37,714 nucleotides of DNA, taken from the NCBI GenBank assembly GCA_041641575.1, contig JBEPYD010000005.1:1-37714 (forward strand), in the 5' to 3' direction. The notes below the pieces were generated by a model. That model made no database searches, was not told the origin of the DNA, and saw only the letters and a list, made by a program, of their open reading frames with translations. Origin of the DNA: Bacteroidales bacterium. GTDB lineage: Bacteria > Bacteroidota > Bacteroidia > Bacteroidales > JBEPYD01. Numbering within the stretch: position 1 is the stretch's first letter; every line of letters starts with the position of its first letter. Shown one piece after another: positions 20,532 to 29,145 of the stretch. The position numbers and the translations under genes were made by a program.

Positions 20532-21425
20532 ATGAAAATCTCTGTTTTAATACCCGTTTTTAATGGCATCGAATATACAAAAGAATGCATCAGGAATCTG
20601 AATCAGCAGATACAAGAGATTAATAACACCCCAGTTGAAATAATTCTTGTTGATGACGGATCCGTTGATGGTACCAGTGATTGGATTATGGAAAATTTTC
20701 CGGAAGTTAAAATACTTTATGGAGATGGTGGCCTTTGGTGGAGCGGTTCTATTAATAAAGGCATGCAATACGCCTTTGAAACTTTAGCAGCCGATGCTGT
20801 TCTTTGGTGGAACAATGATATTCTTGCAGGTGATAATTACTTTTCCATACTTATCCGGGAGCTTTCTGCTGGTAATTTAAACGTTGTTTTAGGTTCTAAA
20901 GTTTATCAGGCATCCAGCCAGGATATGGTTTGGGGAATGGGGGGCTACTTTAATACTGTAAATGGTAAAAAAGGAATGCATGCATTTAATGTAAAAGACT
21001 CTATTAAGTTGGAATCTCCTTTAAATGCAGACTGGCTGCCAGGTATGGGTACAGTCATCACCAGAAATGTTTATGATAGCATAGGCTTATTGAATAATGA
21101 TGATTTTCCACAATATCATGGAGATAGCGATTATACTTTTCGTGCAAAAAAGGCTGGTTATATCATTAAGGTTCTTCCCGAACTGAAAATTTATAACAAT
21201 ACTGAAAATTCCGGATTGCCCCATGGGTATAGTTTTAAGGTATTTCGTAAATCCTTTTCATCTATTAAATCAAAATATAACCTGAAGAAAAACCTGATCT
21301 TTTATAAAAAGTATGCAACATCTAAGCGGGCATATGTTTTCTTGTTTAATGAATACTTTCGTTACATCGGGGGGTTTATTAAATGGAATGTGCTTAGCAG
21401 GGTGGGTGTAAAAAGAAAAAATTAG
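20532..21425 (+). CDS. Glycosyltransferase family 2
   Basis: LIPVFNG, VDDGSVDGT, WWSGSINKG, WNND, GDSDYTFRA. Confidence 0.93.
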   Translation: MKISVLIPVFNGIEYTKECIRNLNQQIQEINNTPVEIILVDDGSVDGTSDWIMENFPEVKILYGDGGLWWSGSINKGMQYAFETLAADAVLWWNNDILAGDNYFSILIRELSAGNLNVVLGSKVYQASSQDMVWGMGGYFNTVNGKKGMHAFNVKDSIKLESPLNADWLPGMGTVITRNVYDSIGLLNNDDFPQYHGDSDYTFRAKKAGYIIKVLPELKIYNNTENSGLPHGYSFKVFRKSFSSIKSKYNLKKNLIFYKKYATSKRAYVFLFNEYFRYIGGFIKWNVLSRVGVKRKN

Positions 21426-21463
21426 TGTACTATTTTTAGTAAATTTAATCGAATGCCATTTTA

Positions 21464-22477
21464 ATGAATGCCTATATATATCCCAACTCTAAGTGGAAAG
21501 GTATCGAGAATCCTTATTTAGAAAATTTTGTCAGCTCCTTCAAAGGTGAAATTGACTTTGTTAACTTTAAAAACATTTCAAGAACGGGTCTGCTCGATAT
21601 TTTCAGGTATATTTTTCGTATAAACCTCATCTTTTTTAACTGGATCGAAGATGTGCCATCCAAAAAAGGTGGCATGCTACAATGGTATATATTTAAAAAT
21701 GTCATTTATCCGGTTTTGAGATTCAGAAAAGTGAAAATTATATGGGTGCTCCATAACAATGTTTCACACTATGAAACACATAAAGAAATAAAACAAGAAA
21801 TATTTAATTCCTTTTTCAAATATAGTGATCTCATCCTGACACATGCAGAAGATGGCATCCAGATTATAAACCAAAAACTTGGAGCGGAAAATTTAAAAGC
21901 CGTCTATTATCCTCATCCCTTCAATAATCGAAAGCGCTACATTAACAAGGAAAAAGACATTGATATTCTCATCTGGGGTTCTGTATCACGTTACAAAGGG
22001 ATTCATATTTTTCTTGATCAGGTTCAGCAGAATGAGTATTTGCAAAATCTGAATATAAAAATCTGTGGAAAAGTGATGGAGAAATCTTATGAGGCCTTAT
22101 TATATGAGAAATTGCCTGAGAACGTACATTTTGAAAATCGTTTTGTGTCAGATGATGAACTTGATGAGTATCTTTCCAGATCAAAAATAACATTGTTTAT
22201 TTACGCCAGTGATAGTGTCTTAAGCTCCGGAGCCTTGAGTGATAGCGTGGGGTACGGAAATGTAATTATTGGCCCGTCAAAGGGGGCTTTTAAGGATTTA
22301 AGCAAACAGCATTTTGTCCTTCTCTTTCAGAACGCTGAAGAGATACCGCAATTGTGTAAATCTGTGATAAACAATTATTCAGAGGCAGAATTAAAATCTA
22401 TGCCGCAGAACAAATTTCTTAGAGATCACACCTGGAACGATTTTTCAAAATTTTTTATAAAGCTTATTTCCAACTAA
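21464..22477 (+). CDS. GT-B fold glycosyltransferase (GT4-like)
   Basis: NPY, WVLHN, WGSVSRYKG, FVSDDEL, LSSGAL; sits among other glycosyltransferases. Confidence 0.75.
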   Translation: MNAYIYPNSKWKGIENPYLENFVSSFKGEIDFVNFKNISRTGLLDIFRYIFRINLIFFNWIEDVPSKKGGMLQWYIFKNVIYPVLRFRKVKIIWVLHNNVSHYETHKEIKQEIFNSFFKYSDLILTHAEDGIQIINQKLGAENLKAVYYPHPFNNRKRYINKEKDIDILIWGSVSRYKGIHIFLDQVQQNEYLQNLNIKICGKVMEKSYEALLYEKLPENVHFENRFVSDDELDEYLSRSKITLFIYASDSVLSSGALSDSVGYGNVIIGPSKGAFKDLSKQHFVLLFQNAEEIPQLCKSVINNYSEAELKSMPQNKFLRDHTWNDFSKFFIKLISN

Positions 22478-22487
22478 AGAAAAACTT

Positions 22488-23393
22488 ATGAATTTCAAAT
22501 ATGCCATTATAATTCCTGCAAAAAATGAAGAGCAAAGCATTCGTCAAACACTTGATTCAATTGCAGGACAATCATTCCCTCCCGAAGTTTGCCTGGTTGT
22601 TGATGATAATTCTGATGATAAAACACCGCAGATTATCCATGAATATGAAAAACAGTATCCGTTTATTAAATACCACAGAAATCAGAGTCCGAAAAAAACA
22701 TACTCACTTGGGGGGCATGTAGTTGAGGTTTTTACTATTGGTTTAAATCATATTTTAGAACAGGGGTATAAAATTGAGTATGCCATTAAACTGGATGCGG
22801 ATTTGACTTTTGAACCAGATTGCATTTCCCTTTTATTTGAAAGAGCAGCGAAAGACAATCCCGGGATTTTTAGTGGAACCCCATATTACATGCACAATGG
22901 CATTAAAATCAATGATTTTAGTCCGGAATGGCATGCCCACGGGCAATTTAAGATTTACAATATAGCTTGCTTAAATGATATAGGAGGTATTCCCCTAAGT
23001 TTGGGATGGGATACTGCAGATAATATCAAAGCAATGTCAAAAGGTTGGCATACAGTGGCATATCGCGATGTTTTTTATAAAATGCACCGCAAGGTGGGAG
23101 GTAAATCATCGCTCAAAAAAGGACGTGTAAATCATGGAATTGGTTCTTATGTTTTAGGTTATAATTTTCTGTACTTTATTATAAAAGTGCTGCACGATTT
23201 ATTAAGACCTCCTTATTTATTAGGTGCTTCATACATGTTTTATGGGTACTGGAAAGCTGCATTTGGCAAACGAGATATTATTTTGAATCAACGCGAAAGA
23301 AAACTCCTTAGAAAGCTTTTGTGGGAGAGCCTTTTTATACGTTTTAAGAACCGCGATTTTGTAATTTTTCAATTGTTTAGCTCTAAAAAATAA
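22488..23393 (+). CDS. Glycosyltransferase family 2
   Basis: IIPAKNEE, VVDDNSDD, KLDADL, GWDT.D. Confidence 0.92.
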   Translation: MNFKYAIIIPAKNEEQSIRQTLDSIAGQSFPPEVCLVVDDNSDDKTPQIIHEYEKQYPFIKYHRNQSPKKTYSLGGHVVEVFTIGLNHILEQGYKIEYAIKLDADLTFEPDCISLLFERAAKDNPGIFSGTPYYMHNGIKINDFSPEWHAHGQFKIYNIACLNDIGGIPLSLGWDTADNIKAMSKGWHTVAYRDVFYKMHRKVGGKSSLKKGRVNHGIGSYVLGYNFLYFIIKVLHDLLRPPYLLGASYMFYGYWKAAFGKRDIILNQRERKLLRKLLWESLFIRFKNRDFVIFQLFSSKK

Positions 23394-23400
23394 AATATTC

Positions 23401-24141
23401 ATGCTGCGAAAAGCCCCTTATTATCATCTTTACATTGATTTAATGGATACCCGGGAAGCATTAACCGAATTTGAAATTTTATTTGATGCAAAAGAACTGC
23501 AGACACAACTCGTTTATTTTATCAATGCGCATTGTTTTAATGTCAGTTTAAAAAACAAAAATTATTTAAAGGCTTTGCACCAGGCTCATTTTGTCTTTAA
23601 TGATGGAATTGGAATTAAAATCGGTGCACGATTTGCAGGGATAGATTTAATTGAAAACATGAACGGAACTGATCTGATTCCTAAAATTATTCATCTGGCC
23701 TGCGAAAAGAGTAAAAGCATATTCCTATTAGGTGCAAAAGAGGGAATTGCAATAAAGGCTGCGGATAATCTGAGAAAACGGTATCCGGGTATCAATATCG
23801 TTGGGACTTCTTCCGGATTCTTTTCAGATAGTTCAGCTGTTGTTGAGGAGATTAATAAGTCCGGAGCAGAATTACTTATTGTAGGTATGGGAGTTCCCAG
23901 GCAGGAATTATGGCTGGCTGACCATCAGTCCAAGCTTGAAACTGTTAAAATTGCTGTGGCAGGCGGTGCCATTCTTGACTTTCTTTCCGAAACAGTAAAA
24001 AGAGCACCCCTGTGGATGCAGAAGGCTGGAATTGAATGGCTTTATCGGTTTTATCAGGAGCCTCGCAGGTTATTCGAACGATATTTTATTGGAAATTTAA
24101 AGTTTTTGTTTGCCATATTCAAATACAAAAAGAAGAATTAA
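23401..24141 (+). CDS. WecB/TagA/CpsF family glycosyltransferase (GT26), second paralog
   Basis: FINAH, NDGIG, NGTDL, VGMGVPRQE, RAP.W...GIEWLYR...EPRRL..RY. Confidence 0.95.
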   Translation: MLRKAPYYHLYIDLMDTREALTEFEILFDAKELQTQLVYFINAHCFNVSLKNKNYLKALHQAHFVFNDGIGIKIGARFAGIDLIENMNGTDLIPKIIHLACEKSKSIFLLGAKEGIAIKAADNLRKRYPGINIVGTSSGFFSDSSAVVEEINKSGAELLIVGMGVPRQELWLADHQSKLETVKIAVAGGAILDFLSETVKRAPLWMQKAGIEWLYRFYQEPRRLFERYFIGNLKFLFAIFKYKKKN

Positions 24142-24179
24142 GTTCTTTCTATTATTGGGTTTTACAAATTAGGGATTTA

Positions 24180-26546
24180 TCAATAATTAGGGCTTTGAAG
24201 AATTATCTTACTTATATACTCAGTATTCCTGTCTGAATTAAATTTTACTATATATATGCCATTGGGTTTCTCTTCGAGGTTTATCTCCTCTGTGGCCTGA
24301 TAAGGAAGGATATTTTCTTTTTTATAGACCAGAGCACCTGCCATATTATACACGTGGATGGCTCCCTGATTGAATGAAATATCCCTTAGGTCGAGATTGA
24401 TATTTCCAGCAGTGGGATTAGGGTAAGCTTTAAGTTCTTTTTTCGTTGTAGTCCCTGCTTTTAATGCTTCCGGAATACCATAAATTTTTATTTCATTGAT
24501 TGAATTCCAGTCATTCTCAGAATTTCCGTAACCTACAATTCTTACATACTTTGCATCAACATTTGCAATATCAAAGTTCTGGAAACCTTCAGTAACGCCT
24601 GCAGATTCCAAATTTTCCTCAATTTTCACCCAGTTTACCTGGTCATTTGATATTTGTACTTCAAAAAAGGCCTTGCGACTATCTCCTTTATAAAAGGAAG
24701 CCTGCAAATACCGCACTTCATCCATGCCTGATAATTCATACGTGATGTTTTCTCCTTCTCCTTGTGCTGACCATCGTGTTGATAATGATTCATCTATTGT
24801 ATTTTTAGGCACATTTCCATCATGGGTACTGGCTTCCACCTTCTTTATTTCTAATGGTTGTGCTTCTTCCATCTGTTCTTGGTTTACAGTTATGATAACG
24901 GTGTCCGGAAGGGAATAAACATGGCCATCAAATACCTTTAAGGTAAATATATAAGATGTATTTTGTTCAGTAGAAAGTGCTGTGAAAATGGGTTTTATAG
25001 CGTTTGCTGATGACAATGTTATTCCTGTCGGAGCTGTCCAGAATGAGCTCAACACATCATTATCAGGATCAAAAGATTTTGAAGCATCTAAAGTTACAAT
25101 TGTTCCTGAATTAACCGTTTTATCAGCCCCTGCATCTGCGACAGGTCTTTGATTCACCTCACTACCACCTATGGAATTAGTTGTGTACTCATAGGCGCCA
25201 ATATCGGGTGAGCTATTTTGGGGAATTGGTATGCCAAGTAAATCATTGTTTAGCCCCACGTCTTTACCTGCATCTACAGCGGGACTATTATTTTTTAGTG
25301 TATAATCAGCATTGAAAGGGTTATTAAATAAATTTTCCGCACCTTCTATGTCTATAAAAATATTTGATGTATGGAGGCCATCTGTTTTTTTTGATAAAAT
25401 ATTATTATAAACATTTTCCCAATTATGTACATCCCCATTTTTAATATCAACAAAAGTATTGTTATATACTTTTACAGGTTCTGAAGTGTTTATGTCCTGA
25501 GCAATCTTAACCATCAGATTTCCATAAATTTCAATATCTGTACCACTACTTCTTACTACAATCCCTGCGTTATCATCATCAACTTCTCTGCCAATAATTT
25601 GATTATACCTTACAATACTTTTCTGCTTTTCCTGTAAATAGATTCCTGCACAACCATTTGAACCGGGTTTAGGAAGAAAAATAATATTATGTTCTATTAT
25701 AATCTCCATCGGTGTATCACCATAATAATCATTTTCATCGCGTACAATAATCCCAAATTTGTTTCCGGTGCTGCTGTGATCTAAGATATTATGATGAATA
25801 TGTACCTGAGTTCCTGAAGAAATTTGAATGACATCACCGGGCGAACCTTTTTCACTAGGATCGTTTATATAATTCATGTTTACGTCATGAATATAATTAT
25901 ATGCTATTTCATTGCCTATACCTCCTCTGTCAACATCCTGACAAAATATACCATCACTAAGTGAATGGTGTAAATGATTTCCTACTATTTTATTATTTGA
26001 ACCCCAGTTCACAATGCAAATCCCTCCTTTATTCTGTAAGTCAAATTCACAGTTATAAATCCATATGTTTTCTTTTGAATTATTATACTTTCCCAAACGA
26101 AGCGCCTGACCTACCTTTACATCCCTAAGTACACTATAATGTCCCATAAACACGAATTTATGATCTGGATTCAGATTTAAATCAGGTCTGCTCCCCTCAC
26201 CATATGCCCCAATTAGTATACGTTCAGCGCTTGTATTTATAATTAGTTCTCCACCAGCTTTTGTTCCGCGTCTTTGTAAATAAGCTGTATTGGGTTTTAA
26301 TTCCACTCCAGTCCAGGTATTATAAGGATGCTCAATAGATCCATTTCCATTTTCGGTAAGTGAAGGATCAATATATACAATACCTCCGGTATATTCTCTA
26401 TCTGTTGCGCTAGGGACATTATATAAACCTTCAGGCATAAGCGGGATACCATCAGGACCTTGAATTAATTGGCCCATAGTGTTAATGAGGAAACATGATT
26501 TAATAAAGAAGATAATCGTAAATAAAGAGAATGTTGAGATTTTCAT
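24180..26546 (-). CDS. T9SS-secreted protein: right-handed beta-helix + PKD-like + CBM32/discoidin + type A CTD
   Basis: On the minus strand (CAT at 26544-46, TCA at 24180-82); the ORF track says '+'. Signal peptide, N/I/G-rich helix repeats, SPAVDAG...PDIGAYE, PVADAGADK, ASTHDGNVP..T.D....TRWS, and YPNP...G.YIVK...KII. Confidence 0.88.
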   Translation of the reverse strand: MKISTFSLFTIIFFIKSCFLINTMGQLIQGPDGIPLMPEGLYNVPSATDREYTGGIVYIDPSLTENGNGSIEHPYNTWTGVELKPNTAYLQRRGTKAGGELIINTSAERILIGAYGEGSRPDLNLNPDHKFVFMGHYSVLRDVKVGQALRLGKYNNSKENIWIYNCEFDLQNKGGICIVNWGSNNKIVGNHLHHSLSDGIFCQDVDRGGIGNEIAYNYIHDVNMNYINDPSEKGSPGDVIQISSGTQVHIHHNILDHSSTGNKFGIIVRDENDYYGDTPMEIIIEHNIIFLPKPGSNGCAGIYLQEKQKSIVRYNQIIGREVDDDNAGIVVRSSGTDIEIYGNLMVKIAQDINTSEPVKVYNNTFVDIKNGDVHNWENVYNNILSKKTDGLHTSNIFIDIEGAENLFNNPFNADYTLKNNSPAVDAGKDVGLNNDLLGIPIPQNSSPDIGAYEYTTNSIGGSEVNQRPVADAGADKTVNSGTIVTLDASKSFDPDNDVLSSFWTAPTGITLSSANAIKPIFTALSTEQNTSYIFTLKVFDGHVYSLPDTVIITVNQEQMEEAQPLEIKKVEASTHDGNVPKNTIDESLSTRWSAQGEGENITYELSGMDEVRYLQASFYKGDSRKAFFEVQISNDQVNWVKIEENLESAGVTEGFQNFDIANVDAKYVRIVGYGNSENDWNSINEIKIYGIPEALKAGTTTKKELKAYPNPTAGNINLDLRDISFNQGAIHVYNMAGALVYKKENILPYQATEEINLEEKPNGIYIVKFNSDRNTEYISKIILQSPNY

Positions 26547-26553
26547 AGTAAAA

Positions 26554-26587
26554 CATTTTTGACAAAAATAATATAAAATTTGACAAA
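26554..26587 (-). promoter_or_regulatory. -7 element (TATTTTTG, 26563-26570) overlapped by two TTTGTCAAA boxes
   Basis: Plus strand shows TTTTTGACAAAAA at 26556-68 and TTTGACAAA at 26579-87, with centres 21 bp apart. Confidence 0.5.
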
Positions 26588-26774
26588 CATGCTTTTTTTT
26601 ACGACTAAAAGATATATTTGTTACATTAATTAATGAAATAGATCAAGTTTTGGATTTTACAGGATAATGTTTCTAATATTTTTTCCTTTAAGGAATTAAA
26701 TTAGAAACCAGGATCTTTGCAAATCAAAATAGCCATAGAAGGGATGAAATATGTAAAACTTATATGAAATAAAA

Positions 26775-27179
26775 TTAGTAATCGTCAAGAAGTTCTTCTG
26801 TTTCAATAAACTCGAAATCAATATTAATAAAGGATTTTAGATGCATCCCGAGATCGAACATATCATAATCTCCCTCTTCATAATACCAGTTAACTTTGAC
26901 GTCGGTTTTGCTCTTTCCATTAATATCATCCAGTAATCTCAATAGATCAAGCACCCATTTGGAGGAGCTGGTGTCGATATATTCAAAATTAAGATTAATT
27001 GTTGTGGTAGGATCGGGATTTATTCCGTATTTCTTTATCCAGTCATAAATCGGCTTATAAAACTTTTTCGGATTTTCCGGAATCGACCTTCCTTTTATTT
27101 CAATCAGCCCGTTTGTAAGGTTTACAGAAGGGCTTTTACTGGTGTTTTCTAATTTTAGGCTTTCCATTATATTAATCAT
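26775..27179 (-). CDS. SiaC family regulatory phosphoprotein (DUF1987)
   Basis: SP.V...G.I.IKGRSIPEN...FY.PI..W, EYIDTSSSK, VNWYYEE.D.DM..G. Alternative start at 27167. Confidence 0.88.
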   Translation of the reverse strand: MINIMESLKLENTSKSPSVNLTNGLIEIKGRSIPENPKKFYKPIYDWIKKYGINPDPTTTINLNFEYIDTSSSKWVLDLLRLLDDINGKSKTDVKVNWYYEEGDYDMFDLGMHLKSFINIDFEFIETEELLDDY

Positions 27180-27193
27180 GGGGTTTGCATGGG

Positions 27194-27201
27194 CAAATTT
27201 A
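27194..27201 (-). promoter_or_regulatory. Bacteroidota -7 element (TAAATTTG) for the siaC-like gene
   Basis: Exact TAnnTTTG(C) match just upstream of the start. Confidence 0.5.
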
Positions 27202-27345
27202 TAGAAAATAGTTTATTGATTCCTATGTATTTAAATTATTTTAGTATTTATATGCTATATTTCGTTACACATTGATAAAATGGATCATTGCCAACAAAAA
27301 AATACTTCCCAGTCTGAAATAGTTTGTTCGTAGTAGATTTCAATC

Positions 27346-27454
27346 TTTTTGTCAAAAATGGCAATTATTTTTAATAAAAGCACAGCAAAACTTTGCAATT
27401 CTATTGATTTTTATTAAGCATTCATTCGTCCAATGCTTTGCCCTTTTTGTCAAA
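27346..27454 (+). promoter_or_regulatory. Two TTTTTGTCAAA boxes upstream of the priming transferase
   Basis: TTTTTGTCAAAAATG at 27346-60 and TTTTTGTCAAA at 27444-54. Confidence 0.4.
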
Positions 27455-27541
27455 TGGTGCGGCAGATATTATAACCTTTCCTTGATTTGATGGTTTAAAT
27501 CATTGTACTTTTACATCAATAAACACGAAAAACAAACAAAC

Positions 27542-29008
27542 ATGAGAAATATATTATCGTTACCAGCATTAAGCTCATCGCATGCATACAGTCAGATCAA
27601 AAGGTTTAAAGGGTCCAATGGTTTCTTGAATATCTTCTTCGGATTTTTGGATATTTCTGCAACATTATTGTCCCTATACCTGGCATTTCATATACGGGGT
27701 TTGTTTTTTGAATCCGGCACAATGTTCTCTACCCAATACTACACTTTGGCTATTATCATAGTTCCTTTATGGTTGTTGTTGTTAAAAACCACTAATTTGG
27801 CAACTATTCCACGCACAAGCAGGTATCTTACTATTCTTTTTAATTTTTCCAGATTCGCCCTTGTTGGATTTATCTTACTACTATTAACCAAACTGATCTT
27901 TGGATTACATGATGTTAGTTTTGCTGTGATAACCATATTTAGTGTGCTGAACCTATTTCTTTTATATAGCATAAGAATCCTTACTTTTAAATTTTTTAAG
28001 TATTATCGAGCACAGGGACATAATCTGAACAATGTTATCATTATCGCTGACGCCCTGTCGGAAATGTTTATTGAGAAAGTACTGGAACAAAGAGAGTGGG
28101 GCTTTCGTTTAGTGGCAATTGTAAGTGATTCTAAACTGATAAAAGCCAAATACGGACATAAATTGAGGGTTATACCCGAAAAAGCAAACATTAAAGGTCT
28201 TATTGATGTTGATATTATTGATGAAGTTATCTATAGTAAAAATCGGATGAATCATCAATATATCCAGTCTGTTATCAATACCTGTAAAGAAGTAGGTGTG
28301 GTATTCCGGATGCAGTCAGATTTATCTCCCATCAGTACACCAAACACCCATCTCTCATATATTGAAGAAAAACCATTTCTTACATTTATGAACACCCCAT
28401 CAAATGGCATTGCATTAGCCTGGAAATCCATACTTGATCTATTATTGTCTACAGCCATATTGTTGGCGATTAGTCCCATATTACTTGTTGTGGCGTTTGC
28501 AGTTCGTGTGGACTCTCCCGGACCTGTGATATTTAAACAACAGCGTGTCGGTTTAAGGGGCCGGAAGTTTTATATTTATAAGTTCCGCACCATGCATCGG
28601 GATGCTGAAAAAATGCGCGAAAAATTAATGGCCGAAAATGAAATGGACGGTCCTGTATTTAAAATTAAAAAAGATCCCAGAATTACCCGTATCGGAAACA
28701 TTCTGAGAAAAACCGGTCTTGATGAACTACCCCAACTTTATAATGTTGTAAAAGGGGAAATGTCGCTGATTGGACCTCGTCCTCCACTCCCAAAAGAGGT
28801 TGAAGAATATGAAAGATGGCAGTTACGTCGTTTAAGTATTAAACCCGGCATCACCTGTACCTGGCAAATTATTCCAAATAGAAATGACGTTTTGTTTGAA
28901 GATTGGATGAAACTTGATTTAAAATATATTGAAAACTGGTCATTAAAAGAAGATTTTAAATTATTAATCCGCACAATTAAAACTGTCATTTCAGGAAGCG
29001 GGGCCTAA
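27542..29008 (+). CDS. Priming polyprenyl-phosphate hexose-1-phosphate transferase (WcaJ/WbaP-like)
   Basis: Four N-terminal TM helices plus a Bac_transf domain: F.IYKFRTM, DPRITRIG..LRKT.LDELPQ, MSLIGPRP, KPGIT, DL.YI.NWS. ATG 27542 is preferred over TTG 27503. Confidence 0.93.
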   Translation: MRNILSLPALSSSHAYSQIKRFKGSNGFLNIFFGFLDISATLLSLYLAFHIRGLFFESGTMFSTQYYTLAIIIVPLWLLLLKTTNLATIPRTSRYLTILFNFSRFALVGFILLLLTKLIFGLHDVSFAVITIFSVLNLFLLYSIRILTFKFFKYYRAQGHNLNNVIIIADALSEMFIEKVLEQREWGFRLVAIVSDSKLIKAKYGHKLRVIPEKANIKGLIDVDIIDEVIYSKNRMNHQYIQSVINTCKEVGVVFRMQSDLSPISTPNTHLSYIEEKPFLTFMNTPSNGIALAWKSILDLLLSTAILLAISPILLVVAFAVRVDSPGPVIFKQQRVGLRGRKFYIYKFRTMHRDAEKMREKLMAENEMDGPVFKIKKDPRITRIGNILRKTGLDELPQLYNVVKGEMSLIGPRPPLPKEVEEYERWQLRRLSIKPGITCTWQIIPNRNDVLFEDWMKLDLKYIENWSLKEDFKLLIRTIKTVISGSGA

Positions 29009-29030
29009 TTTTTATATTTATTTTAAATAA

Positions 29031-29068
29031 TATAAAACCGGATTCTTTTAGTGAATCCGGTTTTTATA
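29031..29068 (+). terminator. Intrinsic terminator-like hairpin (possibly bidirectional)
   Basis: AAAACCGGATTC-ttttagt-GAATCCGGTTTTT, starting about 25 bp after the stop codon. Confidence 0.8.
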
Positions 29069-29145
29069 TGTAGAAAAAATAAATTAAATTGCAAAACATG
29101 ATTTTTAGCTTTTTAATAAATCCTTTAATTATATACAAGGTGAAA

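Noticed and set aside
24180-26546. ORF track lists this 788-aa ORF on the + strand
   Set aside because: The sequence has CAT at 26544-46 and TCA at 24180-82; the protein is encoded on the minus strand.
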